DNA of 64,000 nt from Camelus dromedarius (Eukaryota), in assembly GCF_036321535.1 (NCBI RefSeq), contig NC_087437.1, positions 67,210,001-67,274,000 of the forward strand, given 5' to 3'. Below are positions 26,816-39,174 of the stretch, in pieces. Numbering within the stretch: position 1 is the stretch's first letter; each line of letters begins with the position of its first letter. A program made the position numbers and the translations under genes. The notes under the pieces are model-generated. The model ran no database searches. It had not been told where the DNA came from and saw only the letters and a program-made list of their open reading frames with translations.

Positions 26816-27031
26816 TGGAGCTTAAGATTTGCAAATGATAACCACTATGTATGAAAATAGATTAAAAAAACAAATTTCTTCTGCATAGCACAAGAAACTA
26901 TATTTAATATCTTGTAATAACCTTTAATGAAAAAGAATATGAAAGCAAATACACATATGTGTATGCATGACTGGGACATTATGCTGTACACCAGAAATTG
27001 ACACATTGTAACTGACTATACTTCAAAAAAA
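26816..27031 (+). mobile_element. Short L1 3' UTR insertion
   Basis: Ends GTAACTGACTATACTTC plus an A-tract. 15-bp TSD AGAAGGGA(A/G)GGCATT at 26801-26815 and 27032-27046. Confidence 0.9.
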
Positions 27032-27518
27032 AGAAGGGAGGGCATTCTGAAGGAGTGCTCTTTCTTCCTCCCCTCCTCCTTTTCTTATTCCTCCTCCTTC
27101 TTCTTATTTCCTTCAGGGGCTGATGCTGAGTACCGAAATGCATGAAACTTTGTGTTCCTTCTCTCTGCCCACTCACACGTCAACCTTTATGCAGATAATT
27201 GCTTTTTTTTTTTCTTTTTTTTTTTTTTGGTGAGAATTGTTGTAAAGCTTCATCCCAGCACGCAAAGGTTCTGCCCTTTGTGTTCTGTATACCTGGGAGC
27301 AGAGCCAGCACTTTGCTGGCTCAGTTGATCTAAAAAGTGTTCTTTAGTTAACTCCCCTGATTGCTTCAGAGCCCCTCCCTGCTCCCTGTTGTTCGTTGGC
27401 ACCAAGTTGCCAGGCTTGTCTCTAGCTTTTCCTGGGAACAGCATCTCTTACCTCTAGTGTTTGGGTGGTGATATCTCTCCCATCCCATCTTTTGTCTTCC
27501 AGGATATCCTCAAACTTT

Positions 27519-27598
27519 TCCTTTTTGGGGTGTGTGATTAGGTTTATTATTATTATTTTATAATGGAGGTACTCAACCACTGAGCTACACCTTTCCCC
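27519..27598 (-). mobile_element. vic-1-like SINE with internal deletion
   Basis: Same tail and head as the 50.3-kb and 54.3-kb copies. Perfect 12-bp TSD TCCTCAAACTTT at 27507-27518 and 27599-27610. Confidence 0.85.
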
Positions 27599-29189
27599 TC
27601 CTCAAACTTTCTGATGTCCTCATGGCTCTCTTTCTTATATGCTATCACCGTTAGTGATTTCGTACTTTACACAGTGTCATTTAGTTTTTTCACTAAGAAC
27701 TTGGGTTGGAAGAGAGGTAAATGGGTATGCTCATGAAACGGTCTTGAACTGGAGGCTTTCTTTTCAACATATTGTACTAATAGGGAAGTCAGGATGGGAG
27801 GGCTTGTGCTAACGACCGCCCCTCACTTGACTACACTGATGGAAAACAGGGCTCCTCAGACTCATAAGCTTTAAGAGAGGCATCACCTGGTTGACATACT
27901 TGAATTGTGGTCAAGTCCTCATGAGAAAAAGGGAGGCTTCACTATTAGCAGCCCTGCAAACCCAAGTATCTATAAAAGGATAGCAGATGTCACTGTCCCC
28001 CACCATCAACAGCTCCCCCACCTTGTTGGCAAGTGCATCTACCATCTCTTCTAGCACCGTGACTGCTGCTGCCCAGGGAGTATTAGGAGACATGGAGGGC
28101 TAAAGACCTTCATGCCCCGCTGTGGCGATGGCTCCTAAACTGGAGGAGAAGGCATTCTTGATCAGGTCTTTTGAAAGTGTCCTTCTTCCTCATTGCTTAG
28201 AGTAACACATGTCTCTCCACCTTAAGTATTCAGCTAGTGGGTGATGGTGATCAGGGATGTTCTTAAGGTTCAGGGAGATTTCAACACAGCAAACACTATT
28301 TCCAGTCTTTCAGAAAACCTTTTGATTACCAACTTGTGCTTGGAGCCATCCCTGAAAAAAATCCAATTTGGTATATTTTATGGATTTTATTACAGTGCTA
28401 TTTATTCTCCATCCCAGATAGCTAAAGCTGGTGTTAAATAATGCAGGCTTTGTAGCTCTGAACCTCCAATACAGATGGGGTTTGTGTACTCTGCTTTCAG
28501 AGAATTTTGGGGTGGGGGAGGGGAAGGCAGCTGTAGGTGCCGACTCACAGCCTCTGCTGTGCTGCAAGAGGCATGACCTCCAGGGAGGCTAGAAAGAGCT
28601 GGCCTGGGAGTCGGACACCTGGGGCTTCTGACTCAGCTCTGAGGCTGTAATTGGCCTGTGTCTCCCTGGGCAAGAGGCTGACCCCTCCGGACCTCCGTTT
28701 CCTCCTTCATAACATGTTTAGAGTTTACTACCACCTCCTCAGGGAACTTCATGCTAGATGTTCTCTAAGGTTTGTGTTGAATATTCTGTCTCTTCTAATA
28801 AGATTACCTTTAACAATACAACAAGCATTTCTGTAAGCCAAAGGAACACATGGAAATAGAATGCAGCGTTAGTCTATTTAGGAGACAGTATTTCCCATGT
28901 CAAAGGCTTATTCAGCCTAGATGGAGGAAAATGTCTTATCAGTGGTAAATTATTTAAACGAGGTATTGTCATTACAACCGAAGACCCCACTGATGGGGAA
29001 CTATTGTATGAATCTTCCTCCCATGTGCAGGAAGGGGGCTGTCAGGAGAAAGAGGGGAGCCCAGTGGTCTCTTACGAACTGCTGGCAGAGAACCTCGGGA
29101 GTCAGGGTAAAGAATTCAAACCAGAGGTCAAGAATTCAAACCATCTTTCAAAACCTGACTCTGCCTACAGCAGCGTCTGGCCCGACACG

Positions 29190-29360
29190 GTGATCTGCGG
29201 CCACCCACCTGCGGATGAATCACCTGGGTGCTGGCTTAAATGCAGCAACCTCAAACCCCAGCCCAAACCTACCATACCAGCATCACTTGGGGATGGTGCT
29301 ATTTTAAAAACAAATTTTCCAAATGGTTCATATGCGCATTAAAGTTTGAAAACAACTCTT
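29190..29360. mobile_element. MER5-type MITE
   Basis: GAATCACCTGGGTGCT..TAAATGCAG..CATTAAAGTTTGAAAACAACT. Confidence 0.65.
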
Positions 29361-29995
29361 TGGATAGGGCTAGTTCCATCAGAGAGTTCCATCCAGTGCT
29401 AGCAGCAAATCCAACAAGCTAACGCTACCCTGGGCATGTTTTGGTGGTTAACTAACTGCTTTTACCCCCCTTGAACAACACATATCTTCACATCTTTCCT
29501 GTCTATCCTCTAGAGTTAACTGGAGATTGTTCTACATCCTACTGTGTAGGAAATTAACCACGAAAGTGTTTTAGATGTTATATAATCAGATGTACCCAAT
29601 ACAGGGTCACTTCCATATAAGCCAAGACATGTGCCCCTTACCTACCCTAAATAGATCCATTTGGCCTACTTTGTAAGGTCTCACTGGCACACAAAATGTT
29701 CTTGATATAGATGGTCCTCTGTTTGTCCTCAAAGGCTGCCCAGAAGGGGAAATCTTCCCTCTTCCACAGGACACTCTTTAATGTCTACAAATATATGCCA
29801 TATCTCTCTCAAAGCTTTTGTTCTTCAAGCTAAATAATCCATGCCCCTAAAATGTTTCCTTTTATTAAATTCTCTTAAAATCATGTTTGTATGTGGTCTT
29901 ACATAACATATATTTTTAGTTCATGTGAACAGAATTGTGTAATATCTCATTCTGTTCCTTTTTTTTTTCTCTCATCAAACACGAGGCTTTAAGAG

Positions 29996-29996
<1 letters not shown>

Positions 29997-30039
<43 letters not shown>
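29997..30039. repeat. (TG)n microsatellite, ~21 units
   Basis: Read directly from the sequence. Confidence 0.95.
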
Positions 30040-30040
<1 letters not shown>

Positions 30041-30674
30041 GCTATGTGCACCTCTTGGTTTTTTCTCTGATACCATAGTTTCTCCACACTCTCTCCCCAC
30101 CTCTCTTGCACCCCTGACTGATATCCACGTACTTTTTTTTTTTTTTACGTGCACTCCTCTGCATCCATGTACCCTTTAAACTGAGGGACCCAGAATTGAA
30201 CATCCTCTCACCCATAATAAACACCCAGGATACTGGCGATACATTTTAGGGTCTTGGGTCCCTGATTCCCCAGCTCTTCTGACAAGAGTTCCATAATAAT
30301 ACCTAGTGAATGTCATTATTCCTGAAGATAAAAATGTTGATTTAGAAACAGAGGTAAATATTTAGCACAGAGTTCTTGCTTTTGGCTGCTAATGATTTTT
30401 TGATAACTTTAGAGTTTTGTTAACAAAATATACACCAGTGATTCTGAGTACTAATTGCATTCTTTCACATAGAGAGCTGGTTGATTAGCTTGGCTCTAGA
30501 AATAAAATTAGTTTCCTGAAATCCCACATTTTTGTTTGTTTGCTCATTCGTCATTTCTTTCTAACCTGTGTGCCCAGCAGCCTGGGGAAAGCCCTGTGAA
30601 CAGGAGCACATTCAAGTGTGAAGCCGGCTGCCCAGGCCCAGGGAACATCAGGATTATCAGGGAATATTTTAACA

Positions 30675-31330
30675 GTGGTTCTGTCTCAGCTGGTTTTAAA
30701 TTTCAGCGACTGAGTTCCACCCCGAGATTCCGATTTAGCTGGCCTTGGGTGTGGCCTGAATTTGGGGATTTTTTAAAAGGTTCCAGGTAGTGCTACTGCG
30801 TAGCCAAATTTCAGAACCATGGTTCTAAAAATACAGACTTTCAAGCTTCAACCAATAGATTTTGATTTGGTGCGTCTGGGGTGGGGCCCAGGGATCTGCA
30901 TTTAAAAAAATCCCCCAGTTATTGCTGACGCTTGCTCTTATTTGGAAACTATGCGTGTAAATGAAAAGAGATGAGATTTGGAACGAGACCAATTTGCTGC
31001 TAATTTCTGCTTTGTCACTTATTAGCTGGCAACTTCTTACCTTGGGCAAGTCCATTCACCTTTTTAGGTGGTTTCTACATCTGTCAGGGGGGATAATATA
31101 CGCACTGATGTCACAGCCCCACAGTGGAGGGTAGAGGTTCCTCACCTCCGCTGGACACCTGAGAGGCCCTGAGAAGATCCTCTAATCCTGGGCTTTGCAA
31201 ATTCTAATGCGCACATTGCCTGCAGAACACCTGGGGGTTGTGTTCAAGTGCAGATCTGAGGAGGGGCATGGGACTCTGCATTTCTAACCAGCTCCCAGGT
31301 CAGACTGCTGCCGCCCAGGGGCTGGGCACT
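30675..31330. mobile_element. Cluster of three MER5-type MITEs (~30675-30822, 30823-30930, 31186-31330) with a MIR fragment (~31010-31100)
   Basis: Repeated GATT..GGGTG(T/G)GGCC..TCTGCATTT..CCCAG motifs; MIR core CCTTGGGCAAGT. Confidence 0.65.
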
Positions 31331-31334
31331 GCTA

Positions 31335-32308
31335 GGCTGCATGTGCAGTGAAAATGTGAGGCCCTTTGTTGAACCAGCAGGAAGACAGTGTTGTTAAAGG
31401 TACTAATATCTAGAACTTTTTCCTTCTTCCACGGTCTCACTTTTAGCTTGTCATGTTGTGTTTTGTTATTTACTGTGGTACTAAGCAAAGGAAAACTGAA
31501 GTTTTCAAATATTAGCACAGGTTCATCATTTATCTTTAAATTGTTCAATGCCACTTTTAAATGCAAACGTAAGAGCTTTTAACTCCTGTGTGGAATCACC
31601 AAAATGCCACAGTTCAGCTCTGTCGCTCACGCATCTGCCTGTACTTCGTTCTTACCAGACTAGGGTATCACTGCGCAGACCTAACTCAGCCGTTGTTGTC
31701 TCAGCTCTTGATGTGCTCATAGCTCACAGCACACTCTGCCTCCCTTTCTTGTGAGGACGGAAGGGCTGGAAGAACGAGGAACTGTAAAAAACTCTTTTCC
31801 TTGGGTGTCATCATTTTCAGCATAAGTGATGAGTAAGGAATGTGATGTGAGTAAGAAAAGGTATGAAAGGGCTCACTGCTGGTTTGTGCTTCGTAGATTG
31901 CCATTTCCTTCTTGTGTTCAAAGCAGATTCTGGTGGACAGGGAAGCGTGGTTTCTCAGGGCTGCCGGCACCCTGGCTTGCTCAGTCATGGACTTAACACA
32001 CTTCCTTGTCCTTGCTTTGAGCCCTGTTGAATTCCCGCACATCGCGGGCCCACTGGAACTCAGTGCTTATGGGCACCACAAACGCCATATTGGAAGGGGC
32101 ATCAGGCAACCGTAAATGCGCCTGTTGCCCGGGTCTTCTCTGCTTGTGAGCATGCTCTATGTCCCACTGGACTACACTTACAGAACACAAGTTGAGAGGT
32201 GACATTATTCAGCATTTCAAGACAGCAGGGGATCCAACCAAGTGTGACTGTCGTGAGCGAAGGGCCCTGTGTGGTGACACAGGTCTCACACTTGTGAAGC
32301 CAACCTTG
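31335..32308 (-). mobile_element. MER45B/C-like hAT-Tip100 DNA transposon fossil (~1 kb)
   Basis: Right end GGGCCCTGTGTGGTGACACAGGTCTCACACTTGTGAAGCCAACCTTG and left end TGCAGTGAAAATGTGAGGCCCTTTGTTGA match the two ends of MER45 as I recall them. Internal GTTAAAGGTACTAA and TTTAAATGCAAA..AAGAGC also fit. Confidence 0.7.
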
Positions 32309-33496
32309 AGTAGCAAGGATCTAGTCTTTGTACTACTACATTGTATACATTCCTCTAACTTGAGGATAGGCAAGTAGCATCTCTGTGGCAGACAGAGAGG
32401 GCAAATAATAGGGCTCAGCAAGTGTTCAGTTTTTTTGCTGTCTTATTTTCCCACTTCTCCCCTCTGGTGAAATAGTAGTTCAGTAGAAAATCTTTGGGAT
32501 GCTCAGATGAGGCTATCTGTAGGAGATGGTGAAAGGATCCTTCTCTTTGAACATACTGCTGCTCTGATGAAAGAATGGATGACCGACCCTGGGCTGGGCT
32601 GGGCTGGGCTGGGCTTGGTCTCCAGCCCTAGGATGAGTTGTGTGACTCGCCACATGGCTGCAGGCCTAGGAATTGCAGTCTCAGGGCGCCAGGGAAGGGA
32701 GAGAAGACCAGTTTCCCAATCCCTGAGTGGGAGGATGACAGCACTTGCCTGAATTTGTCCCTTGTCTCCCTGCTGCTTTTGTTCTCTGAGCTAATTCCTG
32801 TTTGAAGAGCTGATATTTAATTCAACAGCCCCCCATGGAGCCTTGTGCCTGTGATAGAAGATCCTAAAAATCTCTCAGTCAACAAAATGATAACAGCTGG
32901 TCTTTGAAACTCTGGGAGCTCTAGACTGGGGAGGTGCTGGGGGAGGGAGAACTAAGGGAACCAGGGACCTGGGCTGGGGAATGCACTATTTGTTAAGGAT
33001 AATGAGGCAAAAATGTGACAGAGGTTTTTATTACAAATAATAGACAGAAGTCTTCAAACAACAGCAGAGAGTCATTAAAAAAAGAAACAGAGTTAAGTAA
33101 TTGTCTAATTAGCAGGCACCAAGAAGGCAAAATTTATTCCATTAGAACTTCTTAAGGGACAGTCAATAAATTCACAGCTGAGTGTTCATTTTGTCCAGAA
33201 TATGGAGAATGTGGATTTTCCTGGTTCCAAGTTGTTCTTTGGTCCCTTTGCTGAGCTTCCTTTCTTTCCAAGGTAAGTCTCGCCCCAGAGAACTGCTAGA
33301 CTCCGTTGCTTTATTCAACTGTGTCATTAAACTCTGGCCCAAGAGTTGAGCCTTCAAGAAGTCAGGAATTGCACTGCTATTAACAATGCTATGAGATAAT
33401 GTTCATACAGTGACGTATGTGATTTCATTAAATTCTTGCAGCCACTCAGCAAGGGAAGTGAACCTCATGTAAGTGAATGTTTCTGCATAGAGACAG

Positions 33497-33927
33497 TGTA
33501 TTACCTGGCTTGGATGACTATGACAAACCACTGTAGACTGAATGGGTTAAAGAACAGAAAATTTATTTGCTCATATTTCTGGAAGCTGGAAGTTGGATCA
33601 GAGTGCCAGCATGACTGGGTTAGATCTCTCTTCCTGGCTTGCAGAGAGCCACCTTCTCTCTGTGCTCACATGGCCTTTGCTCAGTGCACATGGAGTGCAT
33701 GGCAAAGTGGTTTAGAATGGGAGAGGAGAGAGAATGAGAAGGGGTCAGAGAGAGAGAGAGAGGGACACAAAGAGAGGGAAGAGGAAGAGAAAATTAGGTC
33801 TTTCTTTTTCTCTTAATAAGGCCGCCAATATTACTTGGTTAGGGCCCCACCCATTTCACCTCATTTAATCTTAATTACCTCCTAAAGCTTTATCTCCAAA
33901 TATAGTCACATTCGGGGGTGTTGGGGG

Positions 33928-33961
<34 letters not shown>

Positions 33962-34011
33962 TTAGGGCTTCAACATAAGGATTTGGAAGGGACACATTTC
34001 AGATGGCAGCC
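33497..34011 (-). mobile_element. MLT1A/B-like MaLR solo LTR containing (GA)n and (TG)n microsatellites
   Basis: AACAGAAAATTTATTTGCTCA, CCTGGCTTGCAGA, ACCTCATTTAATCTTAATTACCTCC, GTTAGGGCTTCAACATA. (TG)n at 33929-33960. Confidence 0.85.
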
Positions 34012-34039
34012 ATCTGGTGAGAACACAAACCATCTACAG

Positions 34040-34510
34040 CCACCCATCTCATTCTCTGCGTTAAAATGACCTCATTTCAGGATATTCTTGCCCAGGAATC
34101 TGATGGTGCAAATAATTATGATTTGGATAAGGACATTGCTAAAAATCCATTTATGTGTAAAAAGAGATGATTCAATGATCTCTCGTAAGAGTAAACAACC
34201 CCCTTTCAGGACAATACATCGCTTTATTAGACTCATCAAACCACTGCTTATGCTTTAAGACTCTTGGAACCACTTCTTGCTGTGTCAACCAATCCTAAAC
34301 TACCACGTCAGGGAGTTGGTTCACTTTAAATCAGTCCTCTGAATTGAAATACTTGCCTTGAGTCAGACCCCCAAACCTCACAAATATCCCTCCTAGAAAA
34401 TAAGAGTCTTGTTAAGAGAGTATTCTTCCTTACTGCAGCAAGTAATGAACTTCAGCTTTGCTTTGTCATCAAGTTGATTAGGTGCTTTTATTGGGCACTC
34501 ACCAGTCATC
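34040..34510 (+). mobile_element. ERV1-type LTR fossil (MER90/MER110-like)
   Basis: AACCAATCCTAAAC, then TTCCTTACTGCAGCAAGTAATGAACTTCAGCTTTGC (degenerate polyA signal and U5). Confidence 0.45.
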
Positions 34511-34529
34511 ATCGGTTTGAACCATCACT

Positions 34530-34730
34530 TTGAACCTTGACTCCAACACTTTCCAGCTCTATGATCTTGGGTAAGATTTCTTAACCTCTCTATGCCCCAT
34601 TTTCCTCATCTGTAAAATGAGTACCAATCATAGAAGGTCATAATAAGGTTTAAATGAGTTAATACGGGTGAAGCTCTTACATACTAGGCACATGGTGGGA
34701 TCTCAATAAATAGAAGTTTTTATTATTACA
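34530..34730 (+). mobile_element. MIR SINE
   Basis: TGATCTTGGGTAAG..TTAACCTCTCT..TTTCCTCATCTGTAAAATGA..TAAATGAGTTAATA. Confidence 0.85.
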
Positions 34731-34854
34731 TTCATATGATTGAAATCTGTCAAATGGGCTAACCAGTGCCCTAACTCATTTTCTTGATGTATACTTCCCT
34801 GAAACAAAGCTGCTTAAGAGAAAGTATCACATGCTTTTGATTTCCAATGGAATT

Positions 34855-35042
34855 ATATACCTAATTGCCTCCATTTCTAAAATGCCATTAACTGTAAAAT
34901 ATCAACTTAAGCACAGTGGGGGCAAAAAAAAAAAATGGAACATGGCTGTACTGAGTGTATACATTGGCTCTACTATGCATACCAATTTCAGAATTGGTAA
35001 ATGCAGGAAAAATTGTCTTCAGAAGGATTAAGTGAATTTACA
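34855..35042. mobile_element. MER104-like Tc2 MITE fossil
   Basis: TCTAAAATGCCATTAACTGTAA and ATGCATACCAATTTCAGA..AAATG..AAAAATTGTCTT motifs. Confidence 0.4.
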
Positions 35043-36744
35043 GTTTTTTTCTGGAAGCGCTCAACTTTTGTAGGAAGGATGCGGGCTTCCCTGAGGTGCT
35101 TTCAAGCACATCGCTACAGCTGAGTGATTTCTGATTCTCTTTTGGGGGCATGCCAGGCCAGCTTGGGGAGAAAAGCAGTGAGCCTAAAACTGTTTCACAT
35201 ATGCTTGAGTACCTCATGGATTTGGTGATGGGGCCCTATGTTAGCAGACACTTGGAGTGTGTTTGCTGTGGGCTGGAGCTGGTGTTTGCTTAAGAGAGGC
35301 CTGGGCGAGGGACCCTCCGCTCACAGAGCCGGCATTCTGCTTGGCTGTGCTGACGGGAAGGATTGACTCAACCATCATTTGCTGTCCCATAGAGGACTCT
35401 GCTCTGTCTCCACTTGGGGGTGGTCTCTTCTTCCCGAGTCTCACCTCACAGCATATTCACGGCCACTGAAAGTGACTCAGATGGCCAAGGCACATCTTCA
35501 TATACAGTGCTTCACAAGGTGATGTCAGGAGACCAGGGCCAACATGCAAACTGTTTCCAGTCTCTGTTGAGAAAAATAAAGAGATTGAGAGCATTTTGAC
35601 ATTTTATGGCTATTTGACGTTGCCATGAAATCCAAGCAAATGATCAATGACCTTGTCTCATTGAATAGAACCTAGATGAGTACAGCTGGTGTGTTACACC
35701 CACGGTAAGTTGCATTTAGTGCAAGATACATACTGATTATGTGCAGTAGGGTTATAGTGGGCTGAACATTAAAATAACAACAACAAAATCTTGTCCAAAA
35801 AATGAGAGATTTACTGAGAAATACTGTTTTAAAAATTATCTTTAATCTAGAAGCTATACCTGGCATTTCAGCCACTGCCACCATGTCATTCAAGAACACT
35901 GGAACACTTGGAACATTGACCTGAACATCAGGAGTTCCCAGCCCAGCTGGTTCAGAATGATTAAAGTTTAAAATTCATTTGACATTGTTCTGAGTACCAA
36001 AATATGATGTTGTATTAAAAAACTGTCTAGATGTGGACAGAAAAGGATCATTTATTTCTCCATTTCATGAAAATACAATTTGAAGCAAATTTTGAAGAAA
36101 GCTGTAGACCTTAGACATAGACAGGCATAGTCTTTCCAGCTTGAGTATTAATCAGAGCATGGCCTTGGACTGGCCTCTCTGCCAGAGTGAGAGGCCTTTC
36201 TGGGCTGTCCTTTCTGTACGTAAAAGTACTTTTAGAGGTAACAGAATAAACATTTCCCTGCAGAGCCTTTCTTCTAGCAGTTTTGTTTGCTTGTTTCTTT
36301 TTCTTTTAATTAAAGCAAGGGGATAAGACGTTCTGTTAAGTCTTTTTTTTTTTAGGCAAATTTTTCTCTACTTGGCCCTGTTTCCATTAGAGAAAGACAA
36401 CCCATAAAAAATGTCCTGTTGTTTAAAACAATACTTGACTTGACGGAGACCAAGCATCCATATCAGAGATCTTTCCCTTATTTCTCTCCAGTGATCTGTT
36501 AGCATTCTTTTAAGTTTCTAACTATAGCTGACAGAATTATTTCTTACATAAAATCTGTATCTTTTCCTGATGGAATAACTTGAATACATTTTGAGCAGAC
36601 TCAAATCATCTTTAAAAATTGTTTTACAGGGTAATTTCCTTATCCCTCCTTTGCAGTATCTGTTTTTCCTTTCATCCCTCTTTTTTATCACACTGACCTT
36701 GGGAGTTTCTGCTGATCCTTCAGGACTCTCCTTAGGTTGTCCAG

Positions 36745-36950
36745 TGTAATGGTTACGAGCTCAGATTTACCACGTTCCCACAGTTACTAGCTAAATGGCT
36801 TGTGTCAGTTACTTAGCTTCCCAGTCTCTATTTACTTATCTGTAAATAGGAAAATAGTAGCACCTACCTAATGGGGGTTATTGTAAGGATTGAGTGAGAT
36901 AGTTCTTCCAAAATAATAGATATTAAGAGCGCAATAAACATTAGCTGTCT
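36745..36950 (+). mobile_element. MIR SINE
   Basis: GTGTAATGGTTACGAGC..AGTTACTTA..ATCTGTAAATAGG..TTGTAAGGATTGA. Confidence 0.8.
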
Positions 36951-37585
36951 TGCTTTTGGGAAACATTTCTTACATGTGGATTTTCCGTGGCTTCTTCCCC
37001 TCTGCGACTGAGCTCATTGACCTTCCTTAGGCTACCACATTGCCCCATGTTTCCTTTTCATGTTCTGCCATGTCTGTCTCTGCTACTAGACTTTGGGTTT
37101 ACTCCAGGCAGTTTTGTCTTTCCATCTTTGACTCCATGCTATCTCATCACATGCTCAATGATTTGCTGAGCTGAGTTCAAATGAACTTTTCTCTTCTCCC
37201 ATCTTCCTGACATGTTAGCATTTCCTAGCGCACGGTCAATGGGAATGCTTATTTAAATAGATTCCTTAGTCTTAATAGAATCAAAATTTAGGAGAATTAC
37301 TGAGAATCCTCATCTTTAAGAAGCTAGTGGATTTGCTGCCAAGCTTTTCAGGGATTCTGAAGCTCAGTAAACCACTGACCTACCTTTCCTAAGCATGTCC
37401 ATGTGTAAGTGAACACTGAAGTCTGGGACTAATGAGACTAAGACACTTTTGTGTCTTGGATCTATGTTGCAGACTGTGCCTATAGACTCTCCAGTCATAT
37501 CTTTCCTATCAGTCATCTCTAGTTTTCATGGTTTCTGCCCAATTTCAAGCCTTAGCATCTCTTTGCCACAACTTTCGGTAGTATA

Positions 37586-38123
37586 TATGGTGCACAGACT
37601 CTTAGGGTGGTCCCCAGGATCCCTGCTTCTTAATATCTGTCTTGTTTGTGGATGGGTCTCGCCACTGGCTTTAGCCAACAGAATACAGCAAAGGTGGTGG
37701 GATGCAGGTCATTGCATTACACACAAGGCTCTTGCCTCTGCTGGCTTTGAGGAGACAAGGGGCCGAGATGGGAAACCCCATGAGTCAAAGAACTCTGGGC
37801 AGCCTCAGGAGCTGAGAATGGCCTCCAGGACATAGCAGTCAAGAAACTGAAGCCCATCGTTCTACAATCACAAAGAATTTAATTCTGCCAACAACCTGAG
37901 CATGGAAGCAGATTCTTCACCCATATTCCTCAGATAATAACCTCAGTTAATACCACATCCCTGCTGATACCATAATTACAGATTAGTCAGCAACTACAGT
38001 AAGTCCTAAGTAGACTTATCTGAGCCTGGACTCCTGACCCCCAGAACCCAAGGTAACAAACATGTGTAAATGTGAGATGTTAGATTGTGGTCATTTTTTC
38101 TACAGCAGTAGAAAACTAATACA
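37586..38123 (+). mobile_element. MLT1E/F-like MaLR solo LTR inserted in an L2
   Basis: CCAACAGAATACAGCAAAGGTG, AATTCTGCCAACAACC, end CAGCAGTAGAAAACTAATACA. L2 sequence flanks it (37455-37585 and 38124-38760). Confidence 0.85.
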
Positions 38124-38760
38124 CTTTCTAACTGGTGATCTTGATTTCTTTTTCTCTTGTTTCCCTTGCTTTTCCCATCCATTCCAAATCATTTCAAGTG
38201 CCTAAGAGTTTCCTTCCTACCACATAAAGAGACTGAATAGCCAACATCATATTATTTCTTATCCCACAACCTTTCGTTAGCCCCTCACTCCCTACAGAAG
38301 AAATTCGAAACTCTTCAGGGACTGGACTCCACATGCCTTGCTCTCATCTCAAATGGCCTTCCTTATTTTGTTTCCTACCAAATACCTCCCTGTCCTGTGT
38401 CACAGAGAATTTTCATGTGCCTTACACTTTCACCGTCCAGGCCTTTGCTCCTGCTCGTACCCCACCCTGGAGTCCCTCTTCCTTATTCTTGCTTTTCGGG
38501 GCTTTCCTTACTCTTGCCCACCTTAAGTCCGTCTCTCTTCCTTCCATGCAGGATGAATTGCCCTCTGTGCGGCTTCTGTTGACACTCATTGTACCTCAGA
38601 CCAGAACTTGTTTCTTCCTTTTACGTGATCTAGTTAGTCATTCACGAGACTATCCCCATGAAATTCTAACCTCTTGAAGAGCAGGGGCAGTGCAGCCTTC
38701 ATCACTTCTCCGACCTCAGCATGGACTTCCTGTGTGCTCCTTGGCTAAAATGTACTGAAT
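38124..38760 (+). mobile_element. L2 fossil
   Basis: CTAACTGGT, CCAGGCCTTTGCTCCTGCT, CTCTTGAAGAGCAGGG motifs. Confidence 0.6.
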
Positions 38761-39174
38761 TTACTAACCCAAGTTTTATAAACATTTTCAAATATTTTTA
38801 AAAGATCAAAAATTTCCTAAAACTATGTAAGGGAGTAAAGAGATATCGGGACCAGATCTCAAAAAAGTACAATTATGAACCTAACCCTAGAAGAAACAAC
38901 TGATCCTGATTTTCAAAAGCTTAAATTGTTGATTTACTGGGAAGGAAACAGGATTCCCCCAGACACTACCACAGTAAATAAATTCTCCACCTAAATACAT
39001 TTTCTGAACCTTTTGCATTCCAAGTCAAGAGTGATGCTAGACTCCTGCGGTTGAGCTTCCTTTCTCTCCTGTGGGAGAATAAAGCATTTAGAGGATGTTA
39101 GGGAAGTGGTCACAGAAGCTAGTGATAAAATAGACAAGATATCAACCTAGGCCCTCATCTGTGTCACTAGGGTG

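Larger units (their letters stand above)
24630..27700 (-). mobile_element. Patchwork of ancient L1M fragments hosting younger insertions
   Basis: L1MC-like 3' end TAGTTTTAGGTTTGCAGAAAAATTGAG at 24650; T-rich L1M-type stretches such as TTGAAGATATT..TTGATGAGAAA and CCTTGAGATTCTGAAATTT. Confidence 0.5.
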
